Source of the DNA: Mobula hypostoma
Lineage: Eukaryota
Reading direction: 5' to 3'
NCBI RefSeq assembly: GCF_963921235.1
Contig: NC_086097.1
Location: 80,602,001 to 80,666,000, forward strand
DNA length: 64,000 nt
This document shows positions 36,501 to 49,581 of the stretch, one piece after another. Made by a program: the position numbers and the translations under genes. The notes beneath the pieces were generated by a model, which was not told the DNA's origin, searched no databases, and was given only the letters and a program-made list of their open reading frames with translations. Each line of letters starts with the position of its first letter. Within the stretch, counting starts at the first letter, position 1.

Positions 36501-37619
36501 TGGCATTCCCCCTGGTCAGCCTGTCAACATACTGTGACAGGAATCCGTCCTGGACACACTTAACAAACTCTGCCCCGTCTAAACCCTTGGAACTAATCAG
36601 GTGCCAATCAATATTAGGGAAGTTAAAGTCATCCATGATAACATCCTTGTTATTTTTGCACCTTTCCAAAATCTGCCTCCAAATCTGCTCCTCTGTATTT
36701 CTGCTGCTGCCAGGGGGCCTATGGAATACCCCCAATAGAGTAACTGCACCCTTCCCGTTCCTGACTTCCACCCATACTGACTCAAAGGAGGATCCTGCTA
36801 CATTACCCACCCTTTCTGTAGCTGTAATAGTATCCCTGACCAGTAATGCCACCTCTCCTCCCCTTTCTCCCCCCCTCTTTCCCCTTTAAAGCACTGAAAT
36901 CCGGGAATATTGAGAATCCATTCCTGCCCTGGTGCCAGCCAAGTCTCTGTAATGGCCACTACATCATAACTCCATGTATGTATCCAAGCTCTCAGTTCAT
37001 CACCTTTGTTTCTGATGCTTCTTGCATTGAGGTACACACATTTCAGCCCTTCTACCTTACTACCTTTACACCATTTATTCTGCTTCTCTTTCCTCAAATC
37101 CTCTCTATATGTTAGATCTGGCTTTACTCCATGCACTTCTTTCACTGCTCTATCGCTCCGGGTCCCATCCCCGTTGCAAATTAGTTTCAACCCTCCCAAA
37201 CCATGCCAGCAAACCTACCTTCAAGGATATTGCTCCCCCTCGGGTTCAGGTGCAACCCATCCAATCTGTACAGGTCCCACCTTCCCCAGAAGAGATCCCA
37301 ATGATCCATAAATCTAAAATCCTGCTCCCTGTGCCAACTCCTCAGCCACACATTCAACTGCCATCTCCTCCAATTCTTATCATCACTGTCACGTAGCACT
37401 GGCAGCAATCCTGAGAACGCCATCCTTGAGGTCCTGTTCTTCAGCCTTCTGCCTAGTTCCCGAAACTCACACTTCAGGACTTCATCCCTCTTCCTGCCTA
37501 TGTCGTTGGTACCAACATGTATCACGACTTCTGGCTGCTTTCCCTCTCATACCAGGATGTCACGCACCCGGTCACAGACATCCCGGACCCTGGCACCCGG
37601 AGGCAACAAACCATGCAGG
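33504..37619 (-). mobile_element. CR1-type LINE: ORF1 esterase C-terminus, nearly complete ORF2 and 3' tail
   Basis: ORF1 IHVGTNDI...SGLLPV...DGLHLN (SGNH hydrolase); ORF2 [40 protein letters not shown]; (ATAGAAC)n tail; possible TSD TTCCAT (33498-33503, 37620-37625). Confidence 0.93.
34311..34995 (+). mobile_element. Rex1-like LINE 3' end inserted in the CR1
   Basis: ORF MLRMFYKSVVASAIIFAVVCWG...RKSFLPVAIKLYN; AATAAA then (TATGAC)4 tail; host CCATCTGCCA|CTTCTCAGCC rejoins with no TSD. Confidence 0.88.
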
Positions 37620-37917
37620 TTCCATTCCTACTCTCTGTATTCTATGGGCAAGCCAGTTCTGAATCCAAACTTGCAATTCACCCTGGATTCCATGCAACAT
37701 TTTCTTCTGAATCAAGATACCATGAAAAACCTTATTCAATGCCTTACTAAATTGCATGTAATAACATCCACTGCCGAACCCTCAACAAGCTCCTTTCTCA
37801 TCACCTTGGAAAACTGCACCAAGTTTGTAAAGCATAAACTGTCAAAGTTCAATGTTCAAAGTTCAAAGTAAAATTTATTAACAGAGTACATACATGTCAC
37901 CCCATACAACCACAACA

Positions 37918-40900
37918 CTATAAGACCATAAGATACAGGAGCAGAAGTAGACCATTTGGCCCATCGAGTCTGCTCCGCCAATCAATCACGGGCTAATCCA
38001 ATTCTTCCAGTCAACCCCACAGCCTCAGCTTTCACCCCATACCCTTTGATGCCCTGGCTAATCAAGAACCTATCTATCTCTGCCTTAAATACACCCAATG
38101 ACTTGGCCTCCACAGCCGCTTGCGGCAACAAATTACACAGATTTACCACTCTCTGACTAAAGCAATTTCTCCACATCTCAGTTCTAAACGGACGTCCTTC
38201 AATCCTGAAGTTGTGCCCTCTTGTCCTAGAGTCCCCTACCATGGGAGATAACTTTGCCATATCTAATCTGTTCAGGCCTTTTAACATTCGGAAAGTTTCT
38301 ATGAGATCCCCCCTCATTCTCCTGAACTCCAGGGAGTATAGCCCAAGAGCTTCCAGACATACCTCAAACGGTAACCCTTTTATTCCTGGAATCATTCTTG
38401 TGAATCTTCTCCCAACCCTCTTCAATGTCAGTATATACTTTCTAAAATAAGGAGCCCAAAACTACACACAATACTCCAAATGTAGTCTCACGAGTGCCTT
38501 ATAGAGCCTCAGCATCACATCCCTGCTCTTATATTCTATACCTCTAGATATAAATGCCAACATTGCATTCACCTTCTTCACAACCGACTCAACCTGGAGG
38601 CTAACCTTTAGGGTATCTTGCACAAGGACTCCCAAGTCCCTTTGCATCTCTGCATTTTGAATTGTCTCCCCATCTAAATAATAGTCTGCCCGTTTAGTTC
38701 TTCCACCAAAGTGCATGGCCATACACTTTCCAACATTGTATTTTATTTGCCACTTCTCTGCCCATTCCCCTAAACTATCTAAGTCTCTCTGCAGGCTCTC
38801 TGTTTCCTCAACACTACCCACTCCACCTATCTTTGTATCATTGGCAAATTTAGCCACAAATCCATTGAGATCGTAGTCCAAATCATTGACATACATTGTA
38901 AAAAGCAGTGGTCCCTACACTGCCCCCTGTGAAACTCCACTGGTAACTGGCAGCCAGCCAGAGTAGGATTCCTTTATTCCCACTCTCTGTTTTCTGCTGA
39001 CCAGCCAGTGCTCCACCCACGCTAGTAACTTCCCTATGATTCCATGAGCTCTTAACTTGCTAAGCAGCCTCATGTGCGGCACCTTGTCAAAGGCCTTCTG
39101 AAAATCCAAGTACACCACATCTACTACATCTCCTTTGTTTACCCTACCTGTAATTTCCTCAAAGAATTGCAGTAGGTTTGTCAGGCAGGATTTTCCCTTC
39201 TGGAAACCATGCTGGCTTTGGCCTATCTTATCATGTGCCTCCAGGTACTTCGTAATCTCATCCCTAACAATTGATTCCAACAACTTCCCAACCACTGATG
39301 TCAGGCTAACAGGTCTATAGTTTCCTTTCTGCTGTCTCCCACCCTTCTTAAATAGCAGAGTAACATTTGCAATTTTCCAGTCATCTGGTACAATGCCAGA
39401 ATCTAATGATTCTTGAAAGATCATCGTTAATGCCTCCGCAATCTCTCCAGCTACTTAGTTCAGAACCCAGGGGTGCATTCCATCAGGTCCAGGAGATTTA
39501 TCCACCCTCAGACCGTTAAGCTTCCTGAGCACCTTCTCAGTTGTAATTTTCACTGCACAAGCTTCACTTCCTTGACAGTCTTGTATGTCCAGTATACTGC
39601 AGACATCTTCCACTGTGAAGATTGATGCAAAATACGCATTCAGTTCCTTTGCCATTTCTGCATCTCTCATTACAATATCTCCAGCATCATTTTCTATTGG
39701 TCCTATATCTACCCTCAATTCTCTTTTACCCTTCATATACTTAAAAAAGCTTTTAGCATCTTCTTTGATATTAGTCACCAGCTTCCTCTCATAATTCATC
39801 TTTTCCTTCCGAATGACCTTAGTTTTCTTCTGCAAGTTTTTAAAAGCTCCCCACCTCTATCTTTCCACTAGCTTTGGCTTCCTTGTATGCCCTCTCTTTT
39901 GCTTTTACTTTGGGTCTGACTTTATTTGTCAACCACAGTAGTGTCTTTCTTCCCTTTGAAAATTTCTTCTTATTTGGAATATATCTGTCTTGCACTTCCC
40001 TCACTTTTTGCAGAAACTCCAGCCATTGCTGCTCTGCTGTCTTTCCAGCAAATATCCCTTTCCAGTCGACTTCGGCCAGTTCCCCTCGCATGCAATTGTA
40101 ATTTCCTTTATTCCACTGAAATACCAACACATTGGATTTTATTTTTTTCCCTCTCAAATTTCAGTGTGAACTCGATCATATTGTGATCACTGTTCCCTCA
40201 GGCTTCCTTAATGTTAAGCTCTCTTATCACCTTCGGATCATTGCACAATGCCCAATCCAGCATAGCCAATCTCCTAGTGGGTCCAACAACAAGCTGTTCT
40301 AAAAAGCCATCCCTTAGATATTCTACAAATTCCCTCACTTGAGGTCCAGTACTGACCTGGTTTTCCCAATCGACTTTCATGTTAAAATCCCCAAAGATGA
40401 TCATGACATTGCCTTTCTGACATGCTTTTTCTATCTCCTGCTATAATTTGTAATCCACATCCTGGCTGCTGTTTGGAGGCCTGTATACAATTGCCATTAG
40501 GGTCCTTTTACCCTTGTCATTTCGTAACTAAACCCATTGAGACCCTACACCTTCCAATCCTATGTCATCTGTTTCCAATGATTTAATATTATTTCTTATA
40601 CACAGAGCCACACCACCCCCTCTGCCTCCTAACCTATCTTTCTGATATACCGTATATCCTTGGACGTTGAGCTCCCAACGGCAGCCATGCTTTGGCCAAG
40701 TTTCAGAGATGGCCATAACATCATATTTGCCAACCTGTAGCTGAATTTCAAGATCGTCCATTTCATTCCTTATGCTGTATGCATTCAAATACAACACTCT
40801 CAGTCCAGTATTTGTTGCTTTCTGTTCTAACTGCACCACGCCTCTATAGCCCTGTAACTCATGCCACTGGCTTTGATTAAGCCTCATCTCCTGCCTGTTT

Positions 40901-41168
40901 CTTCTATAATCTCTGTTGCACGCTATTTTTGATTTATTTCTGTTTTCCCTTTGCTCAGCCCTATCACACTGGTTCCCATCCTCCTGCCAAATTCATTTAA
41001 ACCCTCCCTGACAGCTCGATAAATGTGCCCGCTGGGATATTGGACTTCTTTGGGTTCAGGTGTAAGCAGTCCTTTTTGTACAGGTCGTACTTCCCCCAGA
41101 AGTGGCCCTAATGATTCAGGAATCTGAACGCCTGCCCCCTACACCAGTCTCTCAGCCACACATTAATA
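37918..41168 (-). mobile_element. CR1-type LINE (second subfamily): ORF1 end, ORF2 and tail, frameshifted
   Basis: LYLNAYSIRN, ISETW, GDFNM, KSPGPDG, LDFQKAFDKVPH, KFANDTK; ATAAGACCATAAGA tail. Confidence 0.92.
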
Positions 41169-42527
41169 CACCATCAGGAACTGTTAGCTGTAAACAAATT
41201 GCAAATGCAGATATAAATAAATATCTAAACTGTCCTGCACAAAGTCATACTGACTGTCTTTATGCAGGCCATGCCTTTCCAAATGCATATAAATCCTATC
41301 CGTTAATGCAATATTGAGTACATATTGAAGACGTGGCTTCAATTTTATGAATTCAATATTTGAGTATTTCAGGGATGGCTCCATTCATTAACCACAAGCA
41401 GAGGAATTTATTTAGAAGGGCACTGGCAGATGAAATTCCACTTCTGGAGAATAGAAAAGTGCGTAATTCAGAACAGACAGGGGTGGCAAGTGCATTTTCC
41501 TGAAGAATATTACTGATACAGTTCTCCCGAGAAAAGAACAGCTCATACCGTATATTTTGCTCGTTGCTAGCACACAATTATCAAACTGAATTTTGCTACT
41601 CTCCCATTCGAATGATGTTTGTGTAACCTCTGGCATGCAGGCACAATACCATGACTGTTAAGTTATCTCAGTCTGATATTTTTGTCAGCATAATCAAATG
41701 GTGGAATTGCAGACTGTATATTCTTTACTAAGGTTGTAGAAATCTGCTCTGAAGAAACCAATCAAATGCTCTGAGTTTCTGAGCAATTCTATACTTTTTC
41801 ATTTGTTTACAAGACTGAAGTTATCAAACGTGACATAGAGCGCTGAAGTTTTCTGAAAACCACCAAATTTTCAATAGAAGTAGTTCTGTTCTGGAGGAAA
41901 GTGTGAAATTCAAAGACATTCTGATGGAAATATTTAGGACTTGATCTTTTCTGGAGTGCAATTTCCATTGTAGGTTGGGGTGAGTTAGCAGAAGACATAC
42001 CAGTCACAATTGATGTGAAGGGCATGTGTAGTTCAACAGTATGTCCAAATGAGAGACAAGGTGTTCTGTTGATACAAGTTAATATCTGTTGCTGGAAGGA
42101 AACATTCCTGATTATTGGCCCTCCTGAAGTGCTGCAAAAGCATGTCCATTTTGCAAGCAGCCATTCTTTTATCCTTTTCATGATGTAATTCCTTTTCAAG
42201 CAATGAATCCTAGTTCATAGAACTGCACTGAAAAATGTGATACTCAGTTTCCTCCCAATTCTTACCTGCCTTACATCTGTGACCTTTTGTTAACAACTTT
42301 TAACAGAAATATTTTTTCCATAGTTTGTCAAAGCCCCTCAGGTTTTTGTGCACCATTATTAAGTTTCCTCTTTATATTCTCTTTTTTTTAAAAAAAAAGA
42401 TCTCCAATTCCAGTCTCTCAATGTACATGAAGCATTTACAAACTTGTTGCCATTATATACATTTACGCCCTTTGTAGATAGCAACTGGAAAATCAGACTA
42501 CAAAGCCTCAGTATCAATGAAAGGACT

Positions 42528-42625
42528 AAACACAAGAGATCCTGAGATGCTGGAAATCCAAGGTAACACACACAAAATATAGAAGCCTGACTTGCTGAGT
42601 TCCTTCAGCAGTTTGTGTGTGTTAC
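42528..42625. mobile_element. Miniature PLE remnant made of two oppositely oriented terminal pieces
   Basis: AAACACAAGAGATCCTGAGATGCTGGAAATCCAAGGTAACACACACAAA followed by GCCTGACTTGCTGAGTTCCTTCAGCAGTTTGTGTGTGTTAC; inverted repeat GTAACACACACAAA/TTTGTGTGTGTTAC. Confidence 0.7.
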
Positions 42626-42797
42626 ATATATTAGAATGAAAAGACTTGTCAGTTTGCTATTTTACGCAGAGGTTTGACAGATAATGTGCTGTTCTTTGAA
42701 AGTGAGTTTCAAGTGAAATTCAGTTAATTCTATAAAAGAATAGTGATTAAATAATTTGGAAAGAAACATCTTAAGTAACTGCAGAATGGTCTGCCAA

Positions 42798-43205
42798 ATT
42801 CAAGTTTAAGTTTAATTTAATTATCATTTAACCATACATGAATACTGCCAAATGAAACAGCGTTCTTCCTGGCCAAGGTGCAAAGCACAGTACCATATAA
42901 TTACAATAGCAGAAGAACAGAAAAATAATATATCTCGTCCCTGAGTGGCATGGCTTGTAGGTTGTTGGTGCATCAGATGTTGTCCTGGTCAAGCTTGTCT
43001 TACACTAAACGAACACTGGAGGGCAGCAATAAGAGGAGGGCCAGTTCCCCACCCAGGACAGATTCCAGCGCACACGCAGTGGCCTCTGCTCTCTCTCACA
43101 CTGCCTTGGCGTCTCCTCTCCTGGGTGGCTGCAACGGGTGACACCATGGCATGAGGGCCTAGTCCATGCAGCAACTGAGGCAACACAGCTACCCCGCTGT
43201 CAGTC
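42798..43205 (-). repeat. Interspersed repeat, same tail family as 15455-16280
   Basis: TTCAAGTTTAAGTTTAATT...AACCATACATGAATAC..GCCAAATGAAACAGCGTTC. Confidence 0.55.
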
Positions 43206-44498
43206 CTTTATTCACCCTTGACGACATTGGCAATGGGTTTCAAAGGAAGTTTATTCATGAAGCACCTCACAAAGTGAGATGGCATCTCTACTGTTTCTTC
43301 TTTTTTAACAGTGTCCTTCTGGGACTTCCTATTCCCAAGCACTGTGGAAACACTAGAAACAAATGATTGTATTGAAACACCCATAAGGAAAACCATATTA
43401 AAAGCACAAGCACAGAACATGGATCAATGTGATGTATAGCATTATTATTATTACTATGACATTTTGTAAACAAGTAAAAGTGAAAAGTATATATAAAACA
43501 GGACCTTCCATTTCCTGTTCCTGAAATCTGGCCATTTTCTGAAAACACTGCCATCCTTAAGCTGCGTGCTAGTACTTCCAGAGGTAAACCTCAAAGTATC
43601 ACTTCAGGTCATTCAGAATTAATGATCTCAATTAATAAAAGAGTTTTTCAAACGCTTGCTGTTCACACCTCGCTGTTATGGGCATGCACTACCCACTCCT
43701 TAAAGCCGGATGGAATTAATGTTTGGTGTCAGCTTAGCTAGCTTCCTGAATTCTGACTCCTTCATTTCTTGAACAGAAAATATGCATCAGAGGGTTTTTG
43801 CTCTGCAGGGATATAACCAGAGCATTGGGAATCTGGTAAGATCATAACCATCAATTCTTCGTCTCTAGAGCCACTTCTTTTCAAACACTTGCAAGCCTTT
43901 GATCTTATTAATTTGCTTAATATGTTTTCTCTTCAGTACTAATTGAACAGTTAGTGGAGAGATTGTGGAGGCAGAGATTGGTAAAACCTCAGAAAAAGTT
44001 TGGAATCAAAAGGTTGAGCATGGTGCGGGTAGTATCCTGAGCTGCATATACTGTATTTCAATGCAAGAAGTATCGCAGGAAATGCGGATAATAGTATTCA
44101 AAATGACATACACAGGCAATGTGTAGAGCGGAGAGGCTGTTGATAGGGCAAAATTGTAGCCAACCAGAATTGATTGGAGAACTTAAGGTAAAAGAACTCT
44201 TAGGAGCAAGTAATCATAATATGATTGAATTCACCCTGAAACTGGGGAGGGAGAAGCTAAAATCAGATGTATCAGTATAACAGTGGAATAAAGGGAATTA
44301 CAGAGGCATAACAGAGGAGTTGACCAGAATTGATTGGAAAAGAACACTGGCAGGGATGACGGCAGAGCAGCAATGGCTGGAATTTATGGAAACAGCTCCA
44401 AAGGCTCAGGATATATACATCCCAAAGTGGAAGAAGTATTCTAAAGGAAAGATGGCACAACAGTGGCTAACAAGAGAAGTTAAAGCCAAAGGGAGTGC

Positions 44499-47400
44499 AT
44501 AGAAACATAGAAAACCTACAGTACCCTACAGGCCCTTTGGCCCACAAAGTTGTGCTGAACATGTCTCTACCTTAGAAATTACTAGACTTACCAATAGCCC
44601 TCTATTTTTCTAAGTTCCATGTACCTATCCAAAAGTCTCTTAAAAGACCCTATCGTATCCGCCTCTACCACCATTGCCAGCAGCCCATTCCATGCACTCA
44701 CAACTCGCTGAGTGAAAAACTTACCCCTGACATCTCCTCTGTACCTACTCCCCAGCACCTTAAACCTGTGTCCTCTTGCGGCAACCATTTCAGCCCCGGG
44801 CAAAAGCCTCTGACTATCCACATGATCAAAGCCTCTTATCATCTTATACACCTCGCATCCTCTGTCACTCCAAAGAGAAAAGGCCGAGTTCACTCAACCT
44901 ATTCTCATAAGGCATGCTCCCCAATCCAGGCAATATCCTTGTAAATCTCTTCTGCACCTATGGGATGGCTTCCACATCCTTCTTTGAGTGTCCTATGGAC
45001 TTGGACCCCAAGATCTCTCTGATCCTCCACAGTGGCAAGAGTCTTACCATTAATACTATATTCTGTCATCATATTTGACCTACCAAAATGAACCACTTCA
45101 CACTTATCTGGGTTGAACTCCATCTGCCACTTCTCAGCCCAGTTTTGCACCCTATCACTGTCCCGTTGTGACCTCTGACAGCCCTCCACACTATCCACAA
45201 TACCTCCAAACTTTGTGTCATCAGCAAACTTACTAACCCATCCCTCCACTTCCTCATCCAGGTCATTTATAAAAATCACAAAGAGTAAGGGTCCCAGAAC
45301 AGATCCCTGAGGCACACCACTGGTCACCAAACGCCATGCAGAAAATGACCCGTCTATAATCACACTTTGCCTTCTGTGGGCAAGCCAGTTCTGGATCCAC
45401 AAAGCAATGTCCCCTTGGATACCATGCCTTCTTACTTTCTCAAAAATCCTTGCTTGGGTTACCTTATCAAATCCCTTGCTGAAATCCATATACACTACAT
45501 CTACTGCTCTTCCTTCACCAATGTGTTTAGTCACATCCTCAAATAATTCAATCAGGCTCATAAGGCACGACCTGCCCTTGACAAAGCCATGCTGACTATT
45601 CCTAATCATATTATACCTCTACAAATGTTCATAAATCCTGCCTCTCAGGATCTTCTCCATCAACTTACCAACCACTGGAGTAAGACTCACTGGTCTATAA
45701 TTTCCTGGGCTATCTTTACTCCCTTTCTTGAATAAAGGAACAACATCCGCAACCCTCCAACCCTCCAGAACCTCTCCCGTCTCCATTGATGATGCAAAAA
45801 TCATCGCCAGAGGCTCAGCAATCTCCTTCCTCACCTCCCACAGTAACCTGGAGTACATCTCATCCGGTTCCTGCAACTTTTCCAACTTGATGCTTTCCAA
45901 AAGCTCCAGCATATCCTCTTTCTTAGTATCTACATGCCCAAACTTTTCAGTCTGCTGCAAGTCATCCCTACAATCACCAAGATCCATTTCCATAGCGATT
46001 ACTGAAGTAAAGTATTCATTAAGTACCTCTGCTATTTCCTTTGGTTCCATACACACTTTCCCACTGTCACACTTGATCGGTCCTATTCTTTCATGTTTTA
46101 TCCTCTTGCTCTTCACACACTTGTAGAGTGCCTTGGGGTTTTCCTTAATCCTGCCCACCAAGGCCTTCTCATGGCCCCTTCTGGCTCTCCTAATTCCCTT
46201 CTTAAACTCCTTCCTGTTAGCCTTATAATGTTCTAGATCTCTAACATTACCTAGCTCTCTGGACCTTTTGTAAACTTTTCTTTTCTTCTTGGCCAGACTT
46301 ATTACAGTCTTTGTACACCACAGTTCCTGTACCCTAACATAACTTCCCTGTCTCATTGGAACGTACCTATGCAGAACTCCACACCAATATCCCCTGAACA
46401 TTTGCCACATTTCTTCCATACTTTTCCCTGTGAACATCTGTTCCCAGTTTGAGCTTCTAATTTCCTGCCTGATAGCCTCATAATTCCCCTTACTCCAATT
46501 AAACGCTTTTCTAACTTGTCTGTTCCTATCTCTCTCCAATGCTATTGTAAAGGAGATAGAATTGTGATCACTATCTCCAAAATGCTCTCCCACTGAGAGA
46601 TCTGACACCTGCCAGTTTCATTTCCCAATACCAGATCAAGTACAGCCTCTCCTCTTGTAGGCTTATCTACATACTGTGTCAAGAATCCTTCCTGAACACA
46701 CCTAACAAACTCCACCCCATCTAAACCCCTCGCTCTAGGGAGATGCCAATCGATATTTGGGAAATCAAAGTTTCCCATCACGACAACTTTGTTATTATTA
46801 CACCTTTCCAGGATCTGTTTCCCTCTCTGCTCCTCAATATTCCTGTTACTATTGGGCGGCCTATAAAAAACACCCAGTAATGTTATTGACCCTTTCCTGT
46901 TCCTAACCTCCACCCACAGAGACTCAGTAGACTATCTCTCCATGACGACCACCTTTTCTGCAGCTGTTACACTATCTCTGATCAACAGTGCCACGCCCCC
47001 ACCTCTTTTGCCTCCCTCCCTGTCCCTTCTGAAACATCTAAAACCCGGCACTTGAAGTAGCCATTCCTGTCTCTGAGCCATCCAAGTCTCTGTAATGGCC
47101 ACCACATCATATCTCCAAGTACTGATCCATGCTCTAAGCTCATCCGCTTTGTTCACAATGCTCCTTGCATTAAAATAGACACACCTCAAACCATAGTTTT
47201 GAGCGTGTCCCTTCTCTATCACCTGCCTATCCCCCCTCTCGCACTGTCTACAAGCTTTCTGTGAGCCAACCGCTCTTCCCCAATCTCCTCAGTTCAGTTC
47301 CCACTCCACCAACAATTCTAGTTTAAACTCTTCCCAGTAGCCTTAGCAAACCTCCCCGCCAGGATATTGGTCCCCCTGGGATTCAAGTGCAACCCGTCCT

Positions 47401-48353
47401 TTTTGTACAGGTCACACCTGCCCCAAAAGAGGTCCCAATGATCCAGAAATCTGAATCCCTGCACCCTGCTCCAATCCCTCAGCCACGCATTTACCTTCCA
47501 CCTCATTCTATTCCTATACTCACTGTCACGTGGCACAGGCAGTAATCCCGAGATTACTACCTTTGTGGTCCTGCTTCTCAACTTCCTTCCTAACTCCCTG
47601 TAGTCTTTTTTCAGACCTCTTCCCTTGTCCTACCTGTTATTGGTACCAAAATGTACCACCACCTCTGGCTGTTCTCCCTCCCACTGCAGGATATCTTGGA
47701 CACAATCTGAAACATCCCAGACCCTGGCACCTGGGAGGCAAACTACCATCTGAGTTTCTTTCCTGCATCCACAGTATTGCCTGTCTGACCCCCTAACTAT
47801 AGAGTCGCCTATCACTACTGCCTTCCTCTTCCTTTCCCTACCCGTCTGAGCCACAGAGCCAGACTCTGCGCCAGAAGCACGACCACTGTTGCTTCCCCCA
47901 GGTAGGCTGTCCACCGCACCCCCGCCACAACAGTACTCAGACAGGAGTACTTTGTCAAGGGGTACAGCCGCAGAGGTACTCTCTAGTACCTGACTCTTCC
48001 TCTTCCTCTTCCTGACTGTGACTCACTTGTCTGTCTCCTGTGGCTGCAGTGTGACCATCTGCCTGTAACTCCTTTTTATCACCTCCTTGCTCTTCCTGAC
48101 CAGACGAAGGTCATTGAGTTGCATCTCCAGTTCCATAACTCGATCCCTAAGGAGCTGCAACTCGACACACCGGTTGCAGATATGGCCGTCCGGGAGGCTG
48201 GGAGACTCCAGGACCTCCCACATCTGACACCGAGCACAGAAAACCCTAACCCTCACACACATACTACTTTCTTTCCACAAATAACACAAGTAAACCTACC
48301 TCGCCTCGTTACCGTCACCGCCTAAGGCCATTGAACCAAAGCCCTAGTACTCT
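44499..48353 (-). mobile_element. Near full-length CR1 LINE (ORF1 Zn-finger/coiled-coil/SGNH esterase + ORF2), frameshifted
   Basis: ORF1 CARCQMW...HICNRCVELQLLRDRVMELEMQL, VIGDSIVRG, HFGTNN, DGLHLN; ORF2 [33 protein letters not shown]; (ATAGAAAC) tail. Confidence 0.94.
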
Positions 48354-48355
48354 GC

Positions 48356-49120
48356 ATATTCGGAAACAGCTCTATTTTCATCTTTAATATCTCTATTTTT
48401 GCCTTTTAGGATTCTTTTGAAGACCCTGACCTGGAGTTACATGCTGACTACGGTTCCTTGCCAGAATGGAACCTGCTCTCGGAGTTTTACGACTGGCCTT
48501 TGTTTGGCATGCCAAGGGCTCGGCCTGAGGACTCCACTTGCCTTCGGAGGACCAAGTTTTCGTGGCTGTGGAGACGGGGGGTTCAGGGGTCGTTGTCTGA
48601 GCAGAAGACTGGTGTGTCATGGGAGAAGGAAGATCTAAGGCTGTGTGCCCAGAGACCCGAGGTCTTTGGGCAAGAGCTTGGAAAAAGGGATGCAATGGAC
48701 TTTTAACATCGTAAACCAGTGAGTTGTTTGTTATGTCTCCCCTCTCACTGTGAAACGGAGACACCTCTTTCTCCCTTATTAGGGAGAGAGAGAGAGCCTG
48801 TGGTATATTGAATGCTGGGTGAACAAGCAGTCTTTGGAGTACAGTAAGTCTCTGTCTTTGCTGTTACCTCGCAAATGCTTGAGTGCTCGGTGGTGGGTGC
48901 TGATGTTTTGTTTTGCTGGTGGGGGAGGGGGGATCGTTGCTTGCTGCCACTTACGTGTGGGAGGGAGGGGAGCTGGGGGGGACTTTGAGGTTCTAACATT
49001 TAACTGTCGTTCATTCTTTGGGGGCACTCTGTTTTCGTGGATGGTTGTGAAGAAAAAGCATTTCAGAATGTGTATTGCATACATTTTTCTGACATTAAAT
49101 ATACCTTTGAAACCTTTGAA
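48356..49120 (+). repeat. Non-coding interspersed repeat with (AACCTTTG)n-type tail
   Basis: Lies between the CR1 5' end and the resumption of the host CR1; ends TACCTTTGAAACCTTTGAA; 3' part related to 17455-17745. Confidence 0.6.
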
Positions 49121-49247
49121 TATAATAGAACAAAAATTATTGGCAAGTTAGAGGATTGGGAAGCTTTTAAAAACCAAAAGAAGGCAACTAAAAAAATTCA
49201 TTGAGAAATTAAAGATGGAACAAGAAAGTAAGCTAGCCAATAATATT

Positions 49248-49581
49248 CTTCTCAATATTTTTATTGATACTATATAAATTGCACGAATACAAATACAAAA
49301 TTCATAAGGATACAAGTAAATAATATGAGTTACATTTTTTTTTACCAACCAGCTCATTTTGGTGGTGGGGGTAGATTTTTTAAAAATAAAATACAATTAT
49401 TTTATTTTATTTCATTTCATAATTCAATCTTTTTTTCTAGATGATTGATTTGGAATATGGGATACTGTGATCATATTACTGTGATTTAAATGTAATGTAA
49501 TTCATATTATTTACTTGTACCCTTATGAATTTTGTATTTGTATTCATGCAATTTATATAATATCAATAAAATATTGAAAAG
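49248..49581. mobile_element. Fold-back/MITE-like insertion with ~88-bp inverted arms and 9-bp TSD
   Basis: Arms 49248-~49336 and ~49494-49581 are reverse complements with few mismatches; AATAATATT duplicated at 49239-49247 and 49582-49590; host CR1 rejoins as GCTAGCCAATAATATTAAAGAGG. Confidence 0.85.

Noticed and set aside
41807..42199. 130-aa ORF in unique sequence
   Set aside because: No recognisable domain or supporting splice structure; length is compatible with chance in 64 kb.
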